DNA of 64,000 bases from Mizuhopecten yessoensis. Taxonomy: Eukaryota. A model generated the notes under the pieces. The model was not told where the DNA came from. It worked only from the letters and a program-made list of their open reading frames with translations, and did not search any database. The stretch spans positions 1,640,987 to 1,704,986 of the forward strand of contig NW_018408919.1 in the NCBI RefSeq assembly GCF_002113885.1. The letters run 5' to 3'. Both the position numbers and the translations under genes were made by a program. Positions 23,781-36,316 of the stretch are shown here, one piece after another; position 1 is the stretch's first letter, and every line of letters begins with the position of its first letter.

Positions 23781-26700
23781 TTACACAATGCCTGGTTTCT
23801 TAAGCGACAATGCTATTTTCTGGAGAATGTGATAATCTGGCGCCATTACGTCTTCTGACATGGTACTTTGTGCGTCCTCTTCTCGCTCCTCGCCTACACC
23901 GGAAAATGAAGCTGAGCGTTTACCACACCCAGGCACAACTGAAGTTAAATTAAAACAAATCTTAATTTCATATTGATAATGAAGTAAACGTTGTTGACTC
24001 TATAGATATTTCATAATTAGAATAAAGTATATTTATTTCTGTTTCTTTGTGTCTAACAATTGATAAAATGAGTAATGCAAAGTTATATAGCAAACGTCAT
24101 TGACATCATAAGCAGATAACTAATATCTCGGGTATAAACACAAATATTTTCCCCGCTATGCAAACGTCTCGCACATATACAACCACGCAAACATACCTCC
24201 TTCAACCATGTTCTCGGCGACGTGAGCTTGGTCAGAAATTTTAAGGGCAGCACAAAATTCCTCGAATCCTGATTCTTTTGTACAAAGGACATCTACAAGT
24301 CGTAAAATCCTCTCTATTCTTCCAGACGGTGCCAGGACATACTCGGACAGTCGAGGAGATATCACAGATTTCGTCACCAGATGAGGGAGCACCAATGAAA
24401 CATCAAGCATGTTGTCGCACAGATATGCTACATTTTGAAGAAGTTTCTCCTTTTCTTTTGGTGCTAAAGGTTTGCCTGAATATAAGCAATACTGTAGCAG
24501 CAATACTATGAATTAATCTAGAAGTGATTACAACAATTGCGTTAAACTTTACGATAAGCTAACTATATCACTACCTTCATAACTGATGTGATAGGTTGGA
24601 CATATGGTACAGTTGCGTCTTTGATGGCATGGACGGAATAAATGAAGTGCACCAGTATTATCCCTTGGAATATGTGGGTAGGTTAATTAGCATCCACACA
24701 ATCAGAGATGCAACCAAATACAGAAATTCTGAATCAGAATTATATATGACAAATTGTCATTTGTAACAAAATGGACAGTAAATTATATAATTAATGATAA
24801 AGATTGTAACCATCAACTTATAACATGTAAGATAGCTAGTATCGATAGGGAGCAGCACTTAACACAAAAATACATTTGGGGTCAAATCTTGCGATTTAGG
24901 TAACGCCGCACAGTGACTGACATAGGTGTTGTTGAATTTTAGATAGTGCTATAGGGTCATCCATCTATGGCGGTCAGGTCCATCATGGATGACATAGATT
25001 TGGGAACGAGAGTGTGAACCCCCCAAACCAGACATGGGTAACTGTCTTTGCCATATGTCACATCTAGCATTGTTGTTTTGCTTGTTGTGTTACACGTTGA
25101 TGCTTCATTACATCATAGTTCACCAAGTTTTCTCTGTCCCTGGACAGGTGTCTCCACACTCTTCCCGGTGAGAGATATCCTTGTCTCACACTTGGGTTGA
25201 GACAGGGGGGTTCCCAAAATCATAGCAATTGCATGACGCCTGGACCGAATCTGAGAGTGCCTAATGAGGTATGCAGTTATATTCCACGGAATATAACAAT
25301 ACATCATCGTTATTTAACAAGGCTTAAATCAACCAAACGTTCATCAACGAGAACAGTCAAATGAATTATATATTGCCATAGAAGTTGTGATCAAAAATGT
25401 TTCTTCTTAATTAACCATAAAATGTTAAATTTCATCCACCAATGAATTATTTGTAATAATAATAACATGTAACATTTGATAAAGCGCCCTATCTAGTTAG
25501 AATAAGCTACTCTAAAGCGCTTTACAGTACAATGGTATACCATTTATACACTCAATGCAATTAGCATTTACATTAATCAATACAAGTTTGAGGAATTCGC
25601 AGGAACTGCTTTATCAGGGGCTTACTATTAGCTATATTCAACCTGGCTAATATTTCCCTATGTGTGTATGTCTTTATGTGTGTTAGAGTGGTATTGTGTT
25701 CTGTTTGAAGTGGGACCGTTTTCCAACAATATAATATATAGTGCCACCTCTCTTGAATGCTACAGCACAGATACCGCAACATCCATCTCAGACTATTTTA
25801 TACTCCACCTGGGTTGTTGGAGTTGTGTGGAACTTTCTTTGAATATTCCATGCGTGCGACGACTTCGGGGATCGAACCCCGGCCGCATGCGTAGAAGGCC
25901 GGAGTAATAAATACCCGACCAATCCGCCCATTTTGAATGGGAGTATACAAGATATGTTTTGACAAATCATAATTCAACATCACTCGTGCAATGAAATTTT
26001 AGCAAGAAATTTTGTTAAATTAACTAAATTGAGACTAGAGGAAAAACAGAAATGCAAAACCAATAAAATAAAAGCCAGTAGTTTGGGTGACATATATGAT
26101 GCAAAGTCAATAATAAAAGTCCGATACCTTTTCCCGTGTTTCCACTTGCTACATGACAAGCTCCCAAAAAGTCACGGATGTGCACAGCTTCGGGTTTCTT
26201 CGCCCATTCTCGGATCACCTGATGAAATTTCTCGTCTTCCTCATCGTCACCATAACGTTGGGTAATTGTATGAAGAACACTCTCCTCGATGTGCAATGCT
26301 CTACCCAACATATGGAAGCCCTTTCCTATCAATTTTCGTATAAACATCATGAAGCAAATTTCGATTTGTGACAAACTGTATCAAATTACCATTTCTTTTC
26401 ATTTAAAAAGAAATAAAAAGATTTTGTTTTTAATTGTAGACTTGTAGTTTAATTTAACTTATTCTTAATCAAATGTGGTCGAAAATGTTCCTAATGAGTC
26501 CAATCTGCTGTGAAGCATTAAACCTCAAAGTAGTCTAACTAAACCATTTGTCTTTCAACACTTTCTCATATGCCACAATCGATGCATCGTCATACTTTAT
26601 AAAGGCAAATTCACTGGACAAATGGTGGCAACATAACGAGATTTTACTCTATGATTTAACCAATGGTTCAGTAACATACATTTACATTTAAAGCATTGGT

Positions 26701-28323
26701 ATTTATCTCAAATAAATCAGTCAATAATAGTACATAAATCAATAAATATACAGATAACTTTTTACCTTGTGCTTGCATTTTAGTGCAGTAAAAATTCAGT
26801 TCTGCCGGAATTTGCACCTCTGAATGTTTGCCACGGGATACATTCTGTTGGTTTTGCAGTAGTTGCTACGTTATCCAATTTAATACACAAGAACACAACA
26901 TCAGCAGAAATAAAAGAACATGTTTTAAATATTCCTTACACAGGGGTATCTTTCTGAATCTTGGGTGCACTGGATAGGTCAACTGTGGGCCTCTTTATAA
27001 ACAATGTTTTTTCTATGATTCTAGTATTTCCCTTATCTATATTATTCAGTAATTTTTTATGAAACTTCATTATATATATAGCGTTTATAGTCTTTTTATA
27101 ATAACTATGACTGTTTCTATCTTTAAAGTAGTGAAATATCTATTTTACGAAGATCAACATGATACCAANAGCACTCTTTAAAAACGTAAATTAATAAATT
27201 ACAAATGAATAAAATAATGCGATAATTGTTTATGACATTGTCTTTGCTTCACTGTATCTGTTTGGTATGTATCACTGAAACGATCGTTTCTTCTTATGGA
27301 TTGACGAATTGAAAATAAACACTTAGCATTGCTTTAAAGTAGATATCAAATATCTGTGCGTGCTCTTTATAAAATGTATATCTTACCTGTATCCCAATAC
27401 TGATTTTCTCAACCTGTCCATCCGTATGAGTTTGTACCTGTCGACATTCATTTACAGACTTTCTCACCTCCAGGACGAGCTTCAGTAAAGTATTGTCACG
27501 TGATTTATCGGAATTAACCAAATATTTTTGTAGTTCTTGAAGTTTACCATTCACCTGAAAATAGTTTCCCTGCTAGTTGAATTGAATTCAATGGAAATAT
27601 GAATCATAACCTGTCAAAACATGCAAAATGATTACACATTAGTGACGTCGCTTAGGGAACAAAAATTAATCTGCTGCCCTCAATACAATACTTTGGATCT
27701 ATATCTTTTCTTTTCTCACTTGTACTCGTTTTGTTTTCGTGAATGTCTACCTAGACATCCGTCCTCGTATTCCTGGGTTGTTTCGAAGTCGTTAAACCCA
27801 AAACAAACAAACGAACAAACAAGCAAACAAACAAAAGCATCTATGAAGTGGTGATCTCTGATCTGTTAACCATTTGTTAACCATATACAATATGATAATA
27901 ATCTAGCAGAAATATCCTAAACAGCTAAAGTGCCTGAAACACTTATACGAGAACTGTCACAGTTCATTTCCCTCACAGACCTTCAGTTGATAAATGACGT
28001 ATATACAGTACCTTGGAAAGGTCATTCTCCGTTTTAGCCAGCCTCCTACTAATAGACAAATGGCGAGCTTCCAGAATTTGAATAACATCTTGGAGTTTGG
28101 AAACCTCTTCAGACCCAGGTTTATTACCAGCACTAAACGGTCTAGGAGGTCTTGTAGTAGCATTACTCGTCGAACTCAATTGTGTGAACCTTTTATGAAG
28201 TGAATCTTTCCTACGGTCATTCTCATTCATCACTTGGTCATTATCTCTAGTATAAGACAAAACACGATCTTTCAATAAATTATAAATTTCCTTAAGTGTC
28301 TGTTCCTCTCCACGTGCAGTCAT
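23781..28323 (-). CDS. Paralogue B: coiled-coil + Death domain + CARD protein, 404 aa, 6 coding exons
   Basis: Exons 28323-28012, 27554-27387, 26865-26766, 26325-26128, 24475-24197 and 23938-23781. GT-AG, phases 0,0,1,1,1; total 1215 nt to TAA. An acceptor at 28345 implies an upstream non-coding exon. Confidence 0.92.
24197..24475 (-). CDS. Paralogue B CARD exon
   Basis: LLQNVAYLCDNMLDV..VLPHLV...RIERILRLVDVL...GFEEFCAAL..SDQAHVAE; TTCAG|GC acceptor and GGAG|GTATGT donor. Confidence 0.92.
25470..25905 (-). mobile_element. Meta-domain-like tRNA-SINE in intron 4 of B (matching copy in D at 49245-49685)
   Basis: B box (reverse complement GGGATCGAACC), Meta-like core ATAGTGCCACCTC.CTTGAATGCTACAGCACAGATACC, and an L2-like tail (reverse complement of TGTAAAGCGCTTTAGAG). 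Confidence 0.65.
26128..26325 (-). CDS. Paralogue B Death-domain exon
   Basis: GKGFHMLGRALHIEESVLHTI...DEKFHQVIREWAK...IRDFLGAC; GATAG|GA acceptor and AAG|GTATC donor. Confidence 0.87.
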
Positions 28324-28569
28324 TTGTATGTCGGTTTAGCGTACCTGTCAACAAGAGTAGCTTTAAGTTATACATAGTGTATAGTTTACAAACATACCTT
28401 GTTTTAGGTTCAACAAGATGCATAAAAGATGGAATAGTATGCTTAAATGTTAACCCCATGATGAGTTTTATTTTTCAAAAATATATTAAACATCTATCTC
28501 TGTTGATATTAATAAACTTAATATACACAGCTATCACAATGATACATACATAAATAAATAAAAATAAAT

Positions 28570-28900
28570 GTACAACATTTGATATAACGCCCTATCTAAC
28601 TAACTAACACAAGCTTCTCTAAAGCGCTTTACAGTACATAGATATACAATTAGCATATACATTAATCAATACATTTTTTTAAGGAAATCGCAGGAACTGC
28701 CTTTTCATGCGCTAACTACTAGTCCTATGCCACCTGGCTAATATCTCCCTATGTTTGCATGTGTGCTGGAGATGTTTTGTGTTCTGTTTGTAGTGGGACC
28801 GTGCTTCTAACGGTATCAATCATAGTGCCACCTCACTTGAATGCTACAGCACAGATACCGCAACATCCACCCCAGACCATTTTATAGTCAACCGGGGTTT
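28570..28900 (-). mobile_element. 5'-truncated Meta-domain-like SINE (absent from the D counterpart)
   Basis: Same core and tail as 25470-25905. Confidence 0.65.
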
Positions 28901-31026
28901 AACAAACTTAATTGAGTCTGCATTTTTATATAAAGGCGGATGCCTTCATAAGAATTACTCAAACCTCATAATGACACGCCAATCTCTTTTGAAACAAGAC
29001 TGAATGGCTTTAAAATGTAGTTACTAAGAAATTAAGCCCCACATGAAGTCGGTATAAAAATCAGTATATATGGTGATATTTCGTAGCATTCTGATTGGTT
29101 AATGTAATGTGTCTTTTAAATATGTTTTAACGGTAGCAGTCTTAATGCCTGATTACAGACAAAGTTATTTAGTCCTGTATAATTTCAATATATGTCTTCC
29201 AAAGTTAGCGTGCTCTTTGCTTTCGTAAATGGACAAGTACATCTAAATCTTAAAGATACCAAACAAAGCAGAAGACACACCGCAGACAGCAATATATATC
29301 ATAATGCTTTATTTATTTTTTGTGTTTGTTTTGATTTTGTTTTTATTCGCGAATGGCATAAAAATACATTTATGTTCACTTTAGCGCTTTCAGGTGAAAA
29401 CCAAAAACAGTCAAATATCCCTCTTTCCATATATATGGGTACAATGTCTATCAGAGTCTAACATTGTTTATTACTATTGATCTCGCGAATTTAATTTAGA
29501 TATACCCTCCAAACACGCACCATGTACTTGAATTCCGTATAATTTTACCTACTGACACCTGATGGTGTACTTGGACTACCCCAAATAAAAGGAAAGTTTT
29601 GTCCATTGTCGAAAAACGGGGATGAAGGAGTTTTTTTTTTTTTTAATATTTCGACTTATGAACAGCGGCATATTAAGAACAATTAAAATTGATTATTGCC
29701 ATTGCTCTGAATTTGCATTGGAATTCGCAACATCAATTTGTGTGCCATAGTCAATCAAAGCTGGTTTATTTGGGCATCGTAGAGCCACAGTGAGATGGTT
29801 GACCATTGTTGGATAAAGGAATACGCCTCTGATATCTTTATTCACCTGTTCCTAAGTATCGAAGGAGTTCAGAAGCTGTGTGAACTGATCAATGGAAAAT
29901 AAAATGGGTTCTGTATAATATATTTTCAAACAGTACAAACAAACACTCATCCGCACCATAAAGCTATATATAATTCACTGTATTAAAACAGACGTCCACA
30001 GCTTACACCCAGTAAACGTCAACGTTAAGATCAATAACCAGTATACATAAATCTGGGGTGATGAGCATACACGCTATGCATTTATTAGGAAATAGCTAAT
30101 AGTAGCCATATTTCAACGTTATGCAATCAAACGCCTTCCGGGACAGAAAATGAAATTAACTTATATGTAATCGCTCATGATATTTGCAAAAAAAAATCCA
30201 CAAAAAAACACCCCACCACTTCATCGATGAAACATTTGAATCATCACTGAAAGTAAACTTGCGTTTCTTTTTTTCTCCTTGTACATGACATGTGACACTA
30301 TCGATAGAATGTTGTACCCATTTATGAAATGTTCTTCTACACATATAACAAATATACCTGTGAATCGTGATGAATTTCAATCTGATACCATCTACATTAC
30401 ACGTCTTTTTCTGTACATAGATATATGGTAGACCTTAACCCTATGATTTCAATAAGATTCATCATTTTGGAAATATGTTACATGTATATCAAAGTTTTAC
30501 TTTATGCACAAACAATGTACGTATCGAACGTGTCGCAACACAGCACAGAAAGACACACAAAAACACATTTAATATGTAAATATACATGTATCATTTATAA
30601 TCAATACAATTCAGTGTAATACATTTTAATATCAAAATATGCTATATTCTCATTTTTGTGGCATTCAAATTACTAGTAATATTTTCTATAAACCAAAGGC
30701 TAGTAAACATGGCTGATTAATGCTTACCTTTTATGGAAGACTTGTACGTGATTACCTTGCCAGTAACTGTTAGTATATGGCGGATCTGGAAAGTAAAATA
30801 TAACCGACTGTTTGTTCGCGCTTAGAAATAACCTTTATACAGCTTTCAAACTGGCACAAAGCCACATATTTTTGTCGTTAGATAAGTATATGGATTTCCG
30901 ATACATGTACGTTTGGTTATCAGTCTCAGTATATTTTTGTTTTGTTTTTGTTTGTTTATTTAGTTTTAAAGGATTTTAACGTCTTATCAACATCCAATGT
31001 CATTTAACGGCGTTCTGCCATGCTAC

Positions 31027-31028
<2 letters not shown>

Positions 31029-31057
<29 letters not shown>

Positions 31058-31107
31058 CTGTGTGTGTGTGAGTGTGTGTGTATGTGCGTGTGTGTGTGTT
31101 TGTGTGT
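31029..31107. repeat. (GT)n microsatellite within a SINE-like remnant
   Basis: Read directly from the sequence. Confidence 0.95.
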
Positions 31108-31484
31108 ACTCGAGACAGAGTCTGTTGGTATAAATGCCTCCTTGTGATCAGATGACGAATTAATAGTGTTATCTCACTGATATACCATACAGAAGCACCC
31201 AGTACAGTATTCCGCCCGGTCACATCATATATAGTGCTACCTAAATGAAATACAACGCCGAATGCCATACCCAGCACAATATTCCACCCTCTCACATCAT
31301 ACTATTATGTCCCCAAGTAGAGGGCATGAGTTCAAATCCCCAACTCTGCAGGGGTTTCCCACATTAGTCGCCTCTTACTTTCGTGCAACGGGTAACAGCA
31401 GGTGTTTTCTTTTCTCAATTCCCCACCTGCTGAGGTCAATTTCAATAGCAAATAAATAAAAATATCTATAAATATGAACTTTAT

Positions 31485-31640
31485 TTATTTTACAACAATT
31501 ATGAAACAATTTATTAAACTTATATCAATCACTCTTGTTGGCCCGGATGTTAGCGCGCGGGGGTCTTGTGTGGGAGGAAACCGGAGTACCCGGTGAAAGT
31601 CCACGTGGTCAGGCAGGTGACCCCATACCTTTTCACTTAC
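31485..31640 (-). mobile_element. V-domain SINE fragment
   Basis: GTGTGGGAGGAAACCGGAGTACCCGG...CAGGTGACCCCATACCTTTTCAC; similar to 10480-10700. Confidence 0.75.
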
Positions 31641-32027
31641 GTATCTTGTTGTTAAGCTCATTAATCTTTAAACAATCTCACTTTTGTAATACCATCACTT
31701 ATTATGGAAATTTACCGGTATAAAGTTTTGTCAGCTAAATAGCAAAATAGCTTTTTGTTACCTTATTTACAGAATTATTACCCCTTTACTGATTCCTTGA
31801 GCACATCTCATATGAAAGAATACTTTTGATCGAAATTTCGAACCCCTAATCTTAGGATTTGATATACTTTTATAATTGTGTAGCAAAGATTAATAATGTC
31901 TTCACAAATGAAGTTTCTTTCATCATAATAGTCTTAAGTCTTTTGTACATCTTGCATGTGTTTCAGGTTAGTGTGTGTTCAAATGAATACACAAAGATGA
32001 TGTCCCGGTTCGTGCCATCGTCAGTAG

Positions 32028-35000
32028 TTACATAATGCCTCGATTATGAAGCAACAGGGCTATGCTACGAAGAATGTCATGATCAGCCACCATCGCGTCT
32101 TCTGGCATGGTGCTTTGTGCGTCCTCTTCTCGCTCTTTGATTGTAACGGAAAAAGAGGCTGAGCGTTTACCACATTCAGGCCTAACTTGACCTGAATAAA
32201 AAGAGAGTCTTGATTTTAACACTTGTAGAGATGAAAACCATATTCAATGGTTTAACAAGAAATGTATTGAGCGTATATAGATAGATCCCTTAAATACTAT
32301 TCAAGTTAGAAAATTGTTTTTATCTTTTTAAAATTTTCTGTTGTTTACTTTTTTTTTTATGTAAACATGATAAATATATCAAATCCCCTATTCGCGCTAT
32401 GCAAACATCTCTCCCCCTTTATCGCCCCCCCCCCCCCTTACACCGCAACACATCCTATCACACACAACCCCAACCTCTCGACCCCTAATATACACAGCTA
32501 CACAGCTTCCACTCCTCGTACACCCATAACACCTAGCAAACATACCTCCTCCAATCATGTTCTCGGCGACATGAGCTTGATCAGAACTTTTAAGGGCAGC
32601 ACAAAACTCCTCAAATCCAGATTCTTTTGTACAAAGGACATCTACAAGTCGTAAAATCCTCTCTATTCTTCCAGACGGTGCCAGGACGTACTCGGACAGT
32701 CGAGGAGATATCACAGACTTCGTCACCAGATGAGGGAGCACCAATGGAACATCAAGCATGTTGTCGCACAGATATGACACATTTTGAAGAAGTTTCTCTT
32801 TTTCTTTTGGTGCTAAAGGTTTGTCTGAATTCAAGCAATACTCTAGATTATATTTTCTTGGCTTCGTGGCTTTCAATTAGACATGGCTAAGAGAGTTAAC
32901 ACTACAGACCTTAAAAAACGTTTGTAAATATTACAATACTAAAATGTATGCCGTATAAAAGGGCATATGTTTGATTGAAGGATGTTTGCAATATAAGGGC
33001 ATGTGATGGAAATTACGATATTGAAAAATCTTAAAATGTGAGCTGCTTGTTCATTTCATTAAGGTACAAAATAACACCGGACAATCGATGATGATGCGTA
33101 ATAAATAATTTCAAATCTTAAGACTGTTAGACATACATAATGCAAAGTCAATAATAAAAGTTCATGACCTTTTACCGTGTTTCCACCTGACATATGACAA
33201 GCCCCCACAAAATCTCGGATGTGCACATTTTTGGATTTCTTCGCCCATTCTCGGATCACCTGTTGAAATTTCTCGTCTTCCTCATCGTCACCATAGCTCT
33301 GGTTAATTGTCCCCAGTACGCTCTCCTCGATGTTCAATGCTCTGCCCAACTTGTGGAAGTCTGTACCTATCAATGTTTTAATGTAAACCTGATGACATCG
33401 TTAAAGTTATTCCTGATCCTTAGATTTTTAAGCATACTCAAAATTAACTAAATTGTCCATGAGCCGTGAGGAAAAACAACTTGATATTGTTGTTATTTAA
33501 TTACTTAGCATATGGAGTTAAATATGAAGATAAATTTGAGTTACAGACTTGGCCGAATATAATAATCTCCATCAAGGTTATTGTTATACATCATAGTTTA
33601 TTGCGATACAATTAGAACATTAAGAGAGAAAAAAATCGTAGAGGGAAATGCTATTGGCTATGCAACTATATTTTTCCGTAAACGTATACGTAATATACAG
33701 TACAAACCACGATATGATGACCCTCTTTATATTTGTATAAAAACATCACTATATCAGCATAATTTTCAGTTTTCTTGACACTTTTGCTATATCGATATTA
33801 CGTCTAACTTTACAATGTAAAGGGCACTGGACACATGGGGCAATAAAACGAAGACTGTCTGTATAATTTACGCAATGATTGAGTAAAATACATATATTTT
33901 AACCATATATACTGGTATTATAGGAAACAATAACGCTTTACCCTGGGCTTGCATTTTGGAGCAGAAATAATTCAGTTCTACTGGAATCGGCACCTCTCGA
34001 AGATTCCCAGCGGCTACATTCTGTTGGTTTTCCAGCAGTTGCTGTCACAATCCAAATATAACTTATTTTATAACAAGTTTCTGAATATTCGTCAATGATT
34101 TCAATTTTCGCCAAGTGTTAATCTTGCCATTCAAATTAAATTTCCATACTGAAGGGAAAAAGAACTGTATATGGTGTTGTGTATAAGATTTTTAAATGGC
34201 TGTAAAGAAACATCTTTCTTAAACATATGAACAAAATTTCATTTGTTATTGTTATTTATAATTCACTGCACCTTTGCTCTTTACCTCTTACCTGAATCCC
34301 AACGCTGATTTTCTCAACCTGTCCATCCGTATGAGTTTGTGACTGTCGACATTCATTTACAGACGATCTCACCTCCAGGAGGAGCTCCAGTACAGTGTTG
34401 TCACGTGATTTATCGGAGTCAAGTATACCAACCAAACTTTTCTCTAGTTGTTGAAGTTTATCATTCACCTGAAAATATTTTCATTTAAGTCGATTTAAAA
34501 AGTTAACAGTGACCGAGCGCTATGTATAATTTCGAACATGGCATCGACTACGTTATTTACATTAATATGCTTCAGGGAACGGTTTTTATCTCACCTGGTC
34601 CGAAGATTGGAATTTAACCACCGATTGGAATTTAACTAAATTTGACTTGAAGCATCCATAGTTGGTTGGGATTCAAAATTGTACAAATGGCGGGGCTGAC
34701 CCCCCAGGAGGCTGAGGGGCGTGGCCAAAAGAGGGCAGTTTGGCTATATTGCTATAAACGACTTCTCCTGTAGAACTATGCCATGGATATCAATACTATT
34801 TGGTGGGAAGCATTCATGGGAGGCGGGGATTCAAAATTGTACAAATGGTCTGGCCCCACCCTTGGAGAAATAGTCCCTGGGTCATAACTTTGAAACGGTT
34901 GAGATCCCCACTCCAAAACTATATATACAAATGCTGGGCATAAAGAGACGAGTGCAGTCATGATATTAGAATAAACCCTGGAGTCTGACCGAAAACCTAG

Positions 35001-36316
35001 GGACCTAGTTTCGGAGTCACAGCTTGGAAACAGATAAGATCCCCACCCTATAACCATATATACAATTGCTGAGTATAAAGAGATGGATGCACATACGCGT
35101 CCAGGATGGCCTCGGGATCTGCCCCACCCTTGGAGAATCAATTCCTGGGTCGAAACTTCGAAACGGTTAAGATCCCCACCCGAAAACTATATATACAAGT
35201 GTTGGGCATAAAGAGACGAATGCAGTCATGATATTAGAATTGACCCCAGGGTCTGCCCTATCCTTGCAGACTTAACCCCTGGGTCACAACTTTGAAGCGG
35301 TTGAGATCGCACCCCCAAAACTATATATACAAATGCTTGGCATAAAGAGACGAATGCAGTCATGAAATTAGAATTGATCCTGGGGTCTGGGCACAACCCT
35401 AGGGACCAGGTTTCTGAGTCACAGGTTGGAAACAGTTGAGAACCCCATCCCAAAACCATACATAAAATTGCCGGTCATGAAAAATCTAATACAGATATGC
35501 TACAAGGATTGGCCTTGGGGTCTGGCCTATTCCCTTGGATCTCATTTGGAGAATATTTTGCCATGATTGCTGAGATATCCAGGTGAGCGATACAGGCCCT
35601 CTGGGCATCTTGTTTTATTATGATATTAAAATATTTTTACTTTGACAGCTTCTATTATTAGCCTCACTTGTTATTACTATCCCTTATTATTTGTTTTCGT
35701 GGAATACTAGAATGGGGCTGGTTTTAATTGAAAAAAATAAATTATTTTGGTGTTTCCAGTCAGTATAATTTTGTACTGTGACGAAATAAACAACGTCAGA
35801 GAGTTTGATTGTAATTTGTCAATTTGTCGTTAAATATAACTCGTTCAGCAGTATGCTATAAGATTCGTTTTGAAAATAATACTGATGCGAAAAATATTAC
35901 TGTAAAACATTTTGTTCCTTTAATTTCGAACGTTTTTATCCTCTGACATTTTGACAACTGCGTTCATTTTACTACAAAGCTACATTCAAATGCAATAACA
36001 ATACCTTAGTAAGCACAGTCTCTGTTTTTGCCTGCTCCCTACTTATTGACAAATGGCGACTTTCCATAATTTTAATGACACGCTTCACTTTTGCATCTTC
36101 TTCTGACATTTGTATACTATCAGCACTTCTTGGTCTGGGAATGTCACTAGAATCACTACTCGTCGACCTCAATTTTCTGGCCGTTTTCTTTAGTGTATCT
36201 TTAATGCGGTCGTTTTCATTTACTACACGTTCTTTATCTCTGGTTAGAGACAAAACACGATCCTTCAACAAATAATAAATTTCCTTGAGTGTCTGTTCCT
36301 CTCCACGTCCCGTCAT
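32028..36316 (-). CDS. Paralogue C: coiled-coil + Death domain + CARD protein, 409 aa, 6 coding exons
   Basis: Exons 36316-36005, 34468-34292, 34041-33942, 33366-33169, 32824-32546 and 32191-32028. GT-AG, phases 0,0,1,1,1; total 1230 nt to TAA. An acceptor at 36335 implies a 5' UTR exon. Confidence 0.92.
32546..32824 (-). CDS. Paralogue C CARD exon
   Basis: Near-identical to the B and D CARD exons; canonical splice sites. Confidence 0.92.
33169..33366 (-). CDS. Paralogue C Death-domain exon
   Basis: GTDFHKLGRALNIEESVLGTI...EKFQQVIREWAK...IRDFVGAC. Confidence 0.87.
34584..35614 (+). mobile_element. HINE/CvA-like element in the first coding intron of C
   Basis: TTTTTATCTCACCTG start, internal diverged repeats, CAGGTGAGCGATACAGGCCCTCTGGGCATCTTGTT end. 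Confidence 0.75.

Noticed and set aside
27387-27410. KISVGIQ/KISIGIQ as a RHIM amyloid motif
   Set aside because: It lacks the (I/V)Q(I/V/L)G core and sits within a predicted helical segment.
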